From Hydrolagus affinis (lineage: Eukaryota), in NCBI GenBank assembly GCA_012026655.1, contig JAAILG010000074.1, forward strand, positions 1-64,000: DNA of 64,000 nucleotides, given 5' to 3'. Of this stretch, positions 36,856 to 48,215 are shown one piece after another; position 1 is the stretch's first letter, and the number at the start of each line of letters is the position of its first letter. A model generated the notes under the pieces. That model ran no database searches, had not been told where the DNA came from, and worked only from the letters and a program-made list of their open reading frames with translations. Position numbers and translations under genes: made by a program.

Positions 36856-39579
36856 TTATGTATAAAAATAGAACACCTGAAATGCCTTAAACTATCCAGG
36901 TCCACAGATTCCTAAAATCAATAATTCAAACCATTTCAAATTTGGAAGCTTCTTAACACAATTGCACAACATATGCTAGAGAGGAAAAACGATACTTCAC
37001 ATACTTCACCAGATATACCATATAATTTTTCTCTACACCTCAACACCTTTTCCATCAATATAGTATTTGTGGTGTTGGGCGTCTGTTATCTTTAGTCTGA
37101 GTATAGGAGGTTGCAATAAACTGGTAAGATTTTCATTTTACCCTCCTAGTGCTCATTATTTTGCTGCTGCTGCTGCTGGTACAATTCATGGTGGCCTTGC
37201 TGCAGTATAACCTTGACTTTGGAATTCATGAATACCTAATGTTTGTGTTTTCTCAAGCCAGATCAGAAGCCGAAGGCCAAATAAAGCAAAGCTCCCGATG
37301 CTGAAAGATTCAGCGTAAAGATCACCATAATGACATTGTGGGTCTCCTCGCTCACTCTATTTCAGACGGAAAGTTAAGTGTGTACCCTAATTGCATTCAG
37401 TAACTCTAAACTAGTTTGAAACTTTCAACTAAATTTCGCCAAAGATGTAGACCTGAATTACAAAATGTCCTGTATTATAAACTGTTGCCATGGACAACAG
37501 AAAAAGGCGAGTGCATATTTCTATGGACACCATGGGTTTAGTGTATTTTTTATCCCTGTGGAATGCTCCAGTTCAGTAGCTTCATAATAACATAGACCAA
37601 AAATGTATGCAGATTGGGCTGATTGCAGTTTCAAGTCCAACTGAATTTGCACAATTGAGATGGGCCTAGTCTCCTGCCACCTTCTTAATTGCTGGCAGAG
37701 CTGCCCGTGGAAAGAAAAATTGTGGTCTGCAACCACTTACCATCATCATTTCTGATTGCAAAAATGGTGCGATTAAACTATCATTGTTATTTTAGATTGA
37801 AAAATTAATACATTGTAATCAAGCTGATCTTAAGAATTACCGAATGTTTGGGTTCAGTTGTTTTTTCTGTACGCTTCTTAAAATGAAATAATGTAATTTG
37901 GCATTCGGGAGCACAGATCCTTAGTATATTTGGGATTAAATCCCTATAGATTTAACCCAATATTTCCCCCTACAATTTCCCCATTTTGCCCCTAGCTGTT
38001 GTTCATTTCTTTATGCCCTTTGTTGCAATAATGAATTAAATGCTGCCTCACTATGGCTGTCATACAATGACCAATAGTTCTATGCTAGAATAGCTGAAAA
38101 CTGATGAACCATGATGCTCAAGGTCCCCTTTTCTGGAATAAAACCTCCTTGAAATTATATTGTGGTTATTAGTAGAAATGCATGCTGCTCTGCTTCTAAA
38201 TTCATACGGCATTCTTAGTATTGTGCCTGGGGATTAGTGCCCAATGGGCAGCCAATCAGAACATGTAAAATGCATAATGTAAGCTACTAATGAAAAGTAA
38301 TTCTTCATTATTTTTTCCAACATTGAACTCAATTTGTATTCTGCACACCTTTAAAACCAATTCAATGTTTTATTTAGCATTTTAATTTTTGTTTCAGTTT
38401 TCCTGAAAAAAATAATAAATACTAGAGAAATTGGAGCTTTGAAAAGATTTGCAAAACCGATTTTTCTTATTAACTCTTGTGGTGCCATGTCTCCTGGGTG
38501 ATAATATATCTGTGGTAATTCCGATTCCAAATGTTTACGTGGGAAAAATAATAACAGGAACCTGCAACAATTCAAAATCTGTAATAAATGTTTGATGAAT
38601 TATAACAGTATAAAAACATCACATTTATGGGTTGTATTAAAATATGATCAGCTAAATTCTGTTATCACCATTACTTGCAGTTCAAGGTGATAATTTGTGA
38701 ATCAAAGCCACCTTGTTTTTGATGTGCTGCAATGAAAATTGTATATTCCATTCCATTTTCTAATGCACACAGCATCAGTAAGCTCTCGTGTATCATATTA
38801 ATTTAGAAAAGTGCATGTATATTTAATGTAAGAAAGGGACTCATGTAGCACTATAAATGTTCAGATTAGCTACTGTGCCTTGACATTACAATACAGACTT
38901 AAGAGAATTCAAGCTCACATGTGGGCCAGCAAGCAAACGAACATTTCACTGACTGTTAGGTAGAAATGATAAAGAATGAAAAAGTAAATTGAACACATGG
39001 GCACATGGATTAATGCATTCAGTAAGGGTATGTGAGAGTGAAGACAAGAGCGTAGGATGTCAAGAGAGAAACACACCACAATTAGGTGTTGAGACAAGTG
39101 AGAAAAAAGGTAATTGAGGACGTACAGGATCTTAGGAAGAGCATGAATGCCAGGAACTTCTCTAATGCTATTTGGCAGCTCCCAGTCTCGCTCACATCCT
39201 TCAGCCATACTCCTGCCAACAAGACACTTCAGAGTAGAGGTCCAAGGGCACAGAGAGGTTTTCCTCATTGGATCATACAAGAGAAAACAGTGATAAGGAT
39301 TTAAAAAAAAAAGCTATTTCTATTTGCTTAATTACTGAAATATCCTAATACAATGGTGGATTGTGATCCGTGATCACATATCACATCACATTTATCAAAT
39401 GCAAGTCCTTTAAAGTAGAGTAACTATGTCTGATCACTATCGGATCGTGTTATCTGTAATGACTAAACTGCTGTTTGATATTCTGTAGGAACTCAGTTAA
39501 ATGCCATTTAACCAATGGCCATGATATATGCCATTTAACCAATGGCCCATTATAGCAAGTGAGATATTGCATTCTAAAT

Positions 39580-39870
39580 TAATAATAACAAGAAGAATCT
39601 TGCATTTAATATTGTGCTTTTCACATCTTCAAGACATCTCAAAGTGCTTCACAGAATATCCTGCAAAGACTGTAAATATGTGGGTGAAACGCAGCAGCCA
39701 ATTGTGCACCACAGTGTCCCACAAGCAGTTGTGGATTGAAATGACTGGTTTATTATTGTTTTTTTTGAGGGATTATTATTAGAAGTGTAGAATAAGGAAT
39801 TTGCCCTGCCTGGAGTTCAACCCAAGTCTCTTGCTTGTAAAGCGAGTGCTCTAACCACTGAGCTACAGGA
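39580..39870 (-). mobile_element. Full-length tRNA-derived SINE
   Basis: Runs from tail to head, ending GAGTGCTCTAACCACTGAGCTACAGGA (reverse complement TCCTGTAGCTCAGTGGTTAGAGCAC, A box). Confidence 0.92.
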
Positions 39871-42084
39871 CTTGATTAATACGAAATAGTGATCTCTATT
39901 GCCTAATTTTTATAGGATTATAGTTTTACAAATACATGCTAAGGATGTGGTACAATGACAGTTGACTCACACTGGCAGGGTCACATAGCCTCTCAGTTAT
40001 TCTCCAGTTTGTTCTGCAGTAGTGCACAATTAGCTTGCAAAAATGACTAACTGTAGCGCATGATCCATTTTACGTAGAGGCACATAAAATGTGTTTATTG
40101 GATTGAATCTTCTGACCAAAACAATGGGTGGTGGGAATGCCAGATCTTTGCCATGAAGTAAATAGGCCATACAGGCATAATGATTTGTTGGTTTCTCTGG
40201 TTTGCTGATTTCTTTTCCATCATCAGACTACTCCCCGGATTTCACAGCATGCAGAGCAGTTGGAATGCAAATGAGCTGCTTTGTACAGTACAAGGATTTT
40301 TCCCATTGATTTTATGCTGCCAGTTGCTTAAATTGGGCATGAAAATCTTAATAATACAAAGCTAATGGAGGGTTTCACTAGTACAAAGGTGAGCATGGAA
40401 ATCACCTTTACTCACTCACTCGCTCACTCCTGCAGAGTTTCTTCTATGAATTTAACAATTCAAACCTTCTTTAGTGTCTCCACACAGGTCATACAGCATC
40501 CATTTGGTGAAGACAGTGCATGTCAGAACAATCAATTAAACTTATCTGCTGACTTGGGAGCTGTTTGTCTTTGCATCCTTATATCATGCTGATACCAACA
40601 GTAGCCATTTAGCATTTTGTAGCCTTCCTGTCTGCTCTGAAAGTAAGCTTTCTAATCACGAGATCACAAGAAAGGTTCAGATGAAGGAGGTTGTTCAGCC
40701 AATTTGATTTCATCCCTTCGATGAATATCTGCCCTAACATGCTTCTTACTCTGTTGTCACTTACTCTGTTGTCTTGCATATAAGGAAAGACACAGAGAAC
40801 GGGTGAGTATTGTGAAAGAGAATACCAACTATACGATCTTAGCATACAGTACACAAAATATTTTGTATCAACTCCAAATAGTTTAAAATTAATCGAAATA
40901 AATCATCAAGCTGTATATTGTTATTAAATTTAGCTGCAGTCTTCAAGAACCAAAATAGAGACATAATTCTTTATCAATTACTCAATTTCTGTTAAAAAGA
41001 ATGAAAGTGTGTTCACCTTCATTATTTAGAATACCTCTCCTTAAATTAAATTATAGTTGTATGTGGCTACCTAAATCTAAGACATGGCGGTAATAGTCAG
41101 TGATCCATTTTTTCAGCTTCTCCAGCTGAATTTGAATATTTGCATGACAGCACCTTTATACAACCAGCTGTAATTAGATTCTCTCTTATTAATTAACTGT
41201 ATTAATCATCACTCACTTTGTAGTTCAGAACAAAATATGACCCACAAAAATGATTAAAATTTCATGTAAGTTTTATGGAACTGATTTCCATCTGCCTTTA
41301 CAAAGTCACTTTTACGAGTTTATTTTCTAGTCAGGTAGAACATTATTGATTGCAGCTCATCATTAAATTATCAATTGGTTAAAACTGTATGGCTTAAAGC
41401 ACTTATTTTTCACTGCAGTGATTTTCATAGAATTCATTGAGCTACAATGACAGAATTATCACAACAAAGCTCATAAAAGGTACAGAATGATGCAAGCATA
41501 TGCCATGTCACAGAGACGGAATATTATTTTATGGAACAGAAAGCTTTGATGTCCCTAGTACACATCCACATGTCGCAAATAACACTTAACTTTAAATGAC
41601 ACATTGTTGCAAAATGTAGCTTTGTGGCTTGTCATATCCCCGATTACTTCTTCATTTGATCTACCATCATGCCATCAGAGAAGCAGGTGACACTGAAAGA
41701 AACTGGCGAGGAAGGATAGGTGGAAAATAATGCATCATTGGGCTTTCCTAACACCTGTTTCATCCCGCTGTCTTGACAGGTGTGGGCAGGGCTGAAATCT
41801 AGAGACATCTGGAAACTCCTGACTACCTAAAAATACACAAGACTGACTGAAAGATGCCAATGGATCGCAAAATAATACACCAACTTGAATGGACGCATAA
41901 TTCACTGTTGTCCATAACACACTTGACTATAACTATAACATTATAAACCTGTTCTTTCCTATGTCTGGATGTATTTTTCTGATTTTGTAGTACGTTCTTG
42001 GATATGGTTGTCGTACCTCATACATATTTGCTAGCCCTACAGTCCTTTTGATACCACCACAAAAACTTTAATCCCAGTGCAACA

Positions 42085-42285
42085 TTTTCTGTCAACTGTG
42101 TCAAAGGCGGTGGATAGGTCGAGATGAACGAGAAGGCAGAGGGAGTCCTGGTCACAAATGTTCAGGATATCATTTGTGACCTTGACCAGAACACAGCACG
42201 AAAGCCTAATTGGAGGGGCTTGTGAAGGGAGAGGGATGAGAGGAAAGAGCGAAGCTGGGAAGCAACTACTCTTTCTAGGATCTTG
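42085..42285 (-). mobile_element. L2 RT internal fragment
   Basis: Minus strand reads KILERVVASQLRSFL...PLQLGFR...LVKVTNDIL...LLVHLDLSTAFDTVD. Confidence 0.88.
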
Positions 42286-43070
42286 AACTAATTGGCTAAA
42301 AGTCCTATTTCAGTACTGGTAATGTTCTCTTTAATTCTAACTCAAACAGCAATTGGTCATGAAACTCAAGCTACAACACTACAATTGATGGGGTGGGGTG
42401 GTTGGGGGTGGTGATGTGGTGGAGTACACCAACTCCAGTTTCCTCAAACACAATATTGCCCAATCATATACACCCTTGTCAGCACAATTCAAATGCTTGC
42501 ATGTAAGATATTGGTGCAAACTGACTGAAGCGGGCACAAAAATGTATTTTAAAGTTTAATTGAGAACAATGTATTTTATTATAAAAAGAATATATTTATT
42601 CTCTACTGTTCCAAGTCTTTTCCAGTTTTCAAAGCTTGGCTGGTTAATTAAGACAACACAGAAGACTGAGGAGTGATTTAAAATGTGGGTTCCTACAATA
42701 AAGATAGTGCTAGATAGATAATTATGCACAAAACTAGGCCAAACCAGCTTTTGCTAAATTCTTCTTTCACCAATTTATTAAGTAATATTAAACCACGGAT
42801 AACTTCTAAGTCTCAAAAGTGGTTGTTAAAAAAAAGTTTTGTATGTTTCTATATGGACTATAACAAGAACAACTTATAAAAGAACTACAACAAAGGATTT
42901 TGTCTCTCTATTATGATTTCTTTGTAAGTGTTGAATAGTTAACTGATGTATTTGAACAACTGTGGGTGAGTCAGGAAATGTCATTCTAGGTGGTCCCGCC
43001 TGCACTTAAATCTAAATCACATCTTTCCAAGTCTCCAATCTTGACATTTTAATTTTTTTTTCTAGGTTGT

Positions 43071-43895
43071 GTTCTTTGATCTGAAGATGATGCTTCTTTC
43101 CTGGAATGACCAAATGAATTAATTTAATCTTCAATTAACTGTCAGTTCTGCTAATTCATTTATATTCAATCACGGATCCGATGTTCCTAATCCATGAAGC
43201 TGTTGACTCTGAGCCTGACTACAAAACAGACATTTAACATTTAAGAAAAACAGCGTGCGGGCAGCTGCAAATCACTGCAAGACATCTCAATGTTTGTCTA
43301 AATCATTCAACAGGATACTAAATATCAGGGAAAGATAGCCTGATAAGTTACCAGTGAATACCGTTAATTCTAACTGCGAGACATTATCACTGGAAAAAAC
43401 CTGGGTCTATTGCTCATTGGGTTTGCCCATAAATTTCCAATCGCAAAAGTTCCCAAATTGCATTTCCAGATTACATCTGAGTCCATCCACATTCAATCCA
43501 TGCACAGCGTTTTGGGGTCAATTCTATGGTAATAGTTCCAGTCACTCATTTAATCTTTTATTCCAGTAATTACTGCGACTTGTTCTCTATTATTAAGTAT
43601 CTTTGGATCATAAGTGAGTGGCAAGAGTAAGATGCGCAACAATCTTATCTTAGATATTAAGTGAGATTTCGCATTATTTTATTGATACTTTATCATTACT
43701 TTATTTATTATTTTGCAGAAATGTTTTTTTCTTATGAACCATTGCAGTGCCCTACCTTAGCAATGACGCTCTAGTCCAGTGGAAACAAAGCTGGGGATAC
43801 AGAAATCTCTGTTTTCATTTGGCAAAAAATTAGAAAGAGTGTACAGCATGGTGTTGTCATTCCAATAAAGAAGCATCATCTTCAGATCGAAGAAT
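43071..43895. repeat. 40-bp inverted repeat pair (43071-43110 and 43856-43895)
   Basis: GTTCTTTGATCTGAAGATGATGCTTCTTTCCTGGAATGAC versus GTCATTCCAATAAAGAAGCATCATCTTCAGATCGAAGAAT, 36/40 complementary. Confidence 0.9.
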
Positions 43896-43899
43896 AGTC

Positions 43900-44114
43900 T
43901 TCACTCACTCCTTACTTCCTCCCATATCCCTTTCTTCCCCACTCACTCTTCCTCTTGAATGCATCCAAACAATCTGATTCAGCCACAGCTTCGGGCAACA
44001 AATTCCACAATCTCACTGCCCTCTGTGTTTTACCTAAATTCTCTTTCAGATCCTCCAGCCACTATTTTATATTTATGTCCCTAGGCAACAGACTTCCCAA
44101 CCAGTGGAAACAAC
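43900..44114 (-). mobile_element. CR1 LINE 3' end
   Basis: CCCATATCCCTT...CTTGAATGCATCC...GGCAACAAATTCCACAATCTCACTGCCCTCTGTGT (reverse reads TQRAVRLWNLLP). Confidence 0.8.
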
Positions 44115-44547
44115 AGTGCGGAACACCATTCAAAAGTGTTACAGGAAACCAGAATAAGACTCAGCATACACAATATACTTAGTGTTATTGATGGGCTTTT
44201 TTTTTGAGAGTTCCAGGAGAGAACACAATAGAAACAAAGTTAACAGACTTTAAATTGCACACTGCAGTTTAAATGGATATACGTACCTAGTAGCAGCACT
44301 CGGTTGGTATGAAACCAGCTTGTCCCATCAAAATGGTTTCTTTTACAGTACATTTTCACTGCTAGTAAATGAATGGGCTTTATTTAGCGTGAAAGTTGCA
44401 GGTTTTTAGGTTGATCACTTGTTGGGCACGACCAATTAGGTTGTCCAAAGTCAACAGCTGAGTAAATGTAACGAGCTCTGCTCCCTAATTTATATAGCAA
44501 ACTATTTGCTGTTGATGGTGATATCACCTCTGTCAGCTGGTTAACAA

Positions 44548-44850
44548 AAATAATAATAATAATCTTTGCATTTAATATAGTGCTTTTCAAGTCTTCTAGA
44601 CGTCTCAAAGCGCTTCACAGAATACACAATAAAGTGAATTCACTGTATATTTGTGGGCTAAATGCGGCAGCCAATTATACACAGCAGTGTCCCACAAACA
44701 GTCGTGGATTGAAATGACCAGTTTATTATTGTTTTTTTTGAGGGATTATTATTAGGCATGTGGAGTAGGGAAATCAAGGTTTCTCCCTGCCTGGATTTGA
44801 ACACAGGTCTCACGTTTGTAAGGTGAGTGCTCTAACCACTGAGCTACAGA
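44548..44850 (-). mobile_element. Full-length tRNA-derived SINE (least diverged copy)
   Basis: Complete tail-body-head structure with A and B boxes. Confidence 0.93.
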
Positions 44851-44879
44851 ATTCCAGATTAGTTATGGATTTGTCAAAC

Positions 44880-45220
44880 CCCAGTTACGGATTTTGACTT
44901 CATCATCCACTTTGGCAGGCAATCCAGTCAATACTGGTGAAGCACTGCATTGACATAGGTGCCATCCTTCAGATACGACGTTGAATCATGATCCGGTTGT
45001 TCCAGTCGATGTTAAGGACCCTATGATACTATTTGTCAACGGGCTGAAATTACTGCTGGTGTCCTGGTTGGATAAAGTTAATCATTCACCTTGTTTGTGG
45101 ACAATCCTGCGGGGATAAGCTGCTTCTGCCTTTACCTAGAAACACACAGTCCTTACAGCAATTCCTCATGAAGAACCATTTCATTGTTGTAGGTGCTTTA
45201 TCAAACCCAAGGAATGCTAT
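44880..45220 (+). mobile_element. Old Deu-domain SINE
   Basis: CACTGCATTG..AGGTGCCATCCTTCAGATACGACGTT...GATGTTAAGGACCCTATGATACTATTT...GGTGTCCTGG...TTGTTTGTGG. Confidence 0.65.
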
Positions 45221-45758
45221 TAGTCATCTTGGTTACGGAGTCTATATTAAACAGATTTTTTTTAATGAGGAAGCTTTCTCTTCAGTAGCAGTTGGAAACA
45301 AAAGATATTTTATTTTATCTGATCTCCTTTTAAGTAGAGATGAACAAGCCAAGCAAAGAAGGAAAATATACCAAAGAAGGATGTACACAAATAAGGAAAT
45401 GGCTTTCATGTTCTTATTCTTACAAGCACTGCAGCACAGCATGGGAGTTTTGCTTCTTCTGAAGTGTGGGCTTTATTTAATTATTTTGCAGAAATGCATG
45501 TTAAACAGAGAACATTGCTTGAAATCTGAGCCATGTTTTTATTTATCAGGTCCAATGACTATTACGAGTCAAAGCTTTCAGATATTCCACAACCTTTATT
45601 CAATATGTATTGATTGTAGCTCCTTCAATAATAGAGGTACTCTTTCTGTAACATACTTTTGCCAAAACTGTTTTTTCACATGATCCATAAAGCAATTTTG
45701 CAGTGAGCGATGACTTTTATTCATAAAAATGACAAAATCTCAATAAAGTGAAGTACCT

Positions 45759-45985
45759 GTACAGTAAAAGCCCATTCATCCGGCATCCACGGGACCTGGC
45801 CAATGCCGGTTAAAGCGCCTGCCGGATATTCGGGCGGCCCGTGGCCAAAAGCCCACAACAAAAATATTAAAGTTCTTTTAACACACACCATACACACCAG
45901 ACTAAATAATAACAGGTAATAACAGAATATTGTATTGGTGCTTATTGTTAAAACTACTCTCTTACGCTTCTCACCTTTACTGATT
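45759..45985. mobile_element. One end of a Tigger/pogo-like (Tc1/mariner) non-autonomous element
   Basis: TA followed by CAGTAAAAGCCCATTCATCCGGCA, then internal TGCCGG repeats. No partner TIR found. Confidence 0.55.
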
Positions 45986-46253
45986 GAGGTTTACAGTTCC
46001 AGCGATTCTTTTTTAAATGAAGGACGCCAAGTGGGTGAAAAAAACGGCAGCGCGATTTTAAAGTCTCACGACTTTATTAGCGGCAAGCCGATAGCCCTAG
46101 ACTCTACTAGCGGCAAACCGAAATACTGCACCTGCGCGACAATGTCGGCTAGGATTATCAGCTTGCCGCTAGTGTGGCTTTAAAATCACACTCTGTTTTT
46201 TTCACCCACTTGGCGTGTTCCATTTTAAAAAGAATCACTGGACTATAAACCTC
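45986..46253. mobile_element. Foldback/MITE with ~115-bp terminal inverted arms
   Basis: GAGGTTTACAGTTCCAGCGATTCTTTT...ACGCCAAGTGGGTGAAAAAAAC...TAGCGGCAAGC versus GCTTGCCGCTA...GTTTTTTTCACCCACTTGGCGT...AAAAGAATCACTGGACTATAAACCTC. Confidence 0.88.
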
Positions 46254-46936
46254 AACCGCAGCATCATGACTTCAAGCGCAGCATCTACTAGTAAAGCATC
46301 TACTAGAAAGCATCTACAATTGTAAAATGAAATATTTAAGATGATCCATCAGAAGCATAATGACAATGCTATGATATGTTTAAAGTACACAACAAAGCTT
46401 CAGTACATTTTCCACCTGCCTGGTAACTGAGGGCAACAGTGAATGTTCCCCATTTCAATTACAACAAAGACAGATGGGTTTAAAAACATTTGAAACTGCA
46501 GTATCTCCTTCTCAGTGCTCTGCTTAAAGTATTTCATGATCATTTTGGAATAGGTATATCTGAATCTCAGTTTAGGTGAGTTTGGTAGTTCTATATTTAG
46601 TTCTTCACAAATATCTTAAATATCATTCCCTTGCTCTGTGTTCTGGAGACTTCCCTGCTTTAACTGCTGTCTTGCTAAACTACTTCATCACACATTACAA
46701 GCTGTTGGCAGTACTGCAGAGCTCCCCCTTATACAATTCAGTTACTGGATTATCCATTCACTGACCATCTGTTGTATCTGCTAAACGCTAGTAGATATAA
46801 CAGCTTGTTACTGTTAGTGTCTCGTCTTTTCAAGAAATATGGACCATAATAAAGCTTGAAACAAAAAAAGGCCAGTGAAATCTGTTTCTTCCATATACTA
46901 TGCAAATCCGTTGTCAGGGAGTGTCTATAGCAGGGA

Positions 46937-47240
46937 AATAATAATGTTATAATCTGTACAAATAATGCCCATCACATCAAAATGCCCCGTAATGCTTTAC
47001 AGAGTTCTGCGATAGTAGTAAATATTTATAGGCGAATATAGCAGTCAATTTGTACAGAGCAATGTTTCACAAACAGGAATGATGTGCATGGACTACTTTT
47101 TGATCAACTTTTTTTTATTGAGATGTGGGGGTGGAGAGATTGTTGACAAGGACACAGGTAAAAGGTTCCCCAGCTCTGCATTGGGGAGCCAGGTATCAGC
47201 CTTGACAAAGTCTATTTGCTACCAACTGAGCTATTTGGAG
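46937..47240 (-). mobile_element. Diverged SINE
   Basis: AATGCTTTACAGAG...GCAGTCAATTTGTACAGAGCAATGTTTCACAAAC...CAAGGACAC...CTACCAACTGAGCTA. Confidence 0.6.
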
Positions 47241-47329
47241 CCAACATTGTCATAAGAATGGTATGTAATATTGTCCAGAATTTCAGTCTCCTTCTCTCCT
47301 TCAACAGACTACATTCACCCTCCCCCAAT

Positions 47330-48215
47330 CTAGCATCACATGAATTGCCGTGATCTATGGAATAATTGTTCCTCTCAGTGCACACCGTCAAGGAGATACT
47401 TATCCCATAATTTATTTGGAGGAGTTAATTTGCACAATATTGACTAATTTTCTTTAAAGTCTGTTCCGTATCTCTGTTCCCTTATGGAAACTATCCTTAA
47501 TCTCCAGTCCAACTTGAGGCTTTTTAATGTTAAGCCTGTGTTCTCAAGTTCTGCTTTCACAGTTGGAATTAAATGGCCCTTTTACCTCCAGATTATCTCA
47601 GCCTCTCATCGTTTTGAAACACAGCTCATCTGTCCCCACTCTTCATTTCCTTTCTCCCCATGAAGAATAGGATCAGCTCTATTAGCCTCTCCTCTTAACT
47701 TAGTGCCTACTGCTCAAATCACCTTGTTGAAATTCTCGGAATCAACTCCAATGTTTAAATGGCTTTTTGAAGGTAGGAAGTCTAAAACTGCACAGACAAT
47801 TCCATATATGGCTTCACCAATGACCTGCAGAAGGGTAGAACAATGTCCTATGACTTAGAGTCAAATAATTTCAAGATGCAACCTGCTATTCGATTACATT
47901 TTATTGAAAAGGAGTCTGTCCTTCTGTGAAGAATCAATGACTGCACCTAACTGAACTAAATGTTCATTTCCAGCTTTGCTAATGGATACCCTTTGTTTTG
48001 CAAACATTTCAGGTTTTTTGTTCCAATATGTATTACCTTGCATTTTCTGCATTCAAATTTAACCCATCAGGCTCATATGTTTAATTGATCAGAACGTTTT
48101 GAATGCTAGTTATCTTTGTTAGATTATTCACCTCCTATGTATCTTAGCATCATCAATAAATGCTATAATATTGCAATATGTGTTTTCTTTCAAGTCATCT
48201 ATTAAATGCAATGGA
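47330..48215 (-). mobile_element. Degenerate CR1 ORF2
   Basis: Minus-strand remnants: IDDL, FIDDAKI (FADDTK), KCKVIHIG, and RSLVKPYMELSVQF (SLVRPHLEYCVQF). Confidence 0.75.

Noticed and set aside
37735-37770. Minus-strand microexon-like signals (11 nt here, 11 nt at 52243, 14 nt at 25532)
   Set aside because: Not frame-preserving, and mostly weak pyrimidine tracts. They show that such patterns have a chance background.
39500-39548. Short tandem duplications (also about 25207-25240, 40744-40772, 14382-14411) and microsatellites
   Set aside because: Ordinary slippage products.
44780-44850. tRNA-like sequence (also about 8300-8365, 35780-35845, 39805-39870, 59300-59367)
   Set aside because: These are SINE heads with A/B boxes, joined to SINE bodies, not tRNA genes.
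45168-45683. Longest ORF (171 aa)
   Set aside because: No recognisable domain, starts inside a SINE relic, and has no convincing exon boundaries.
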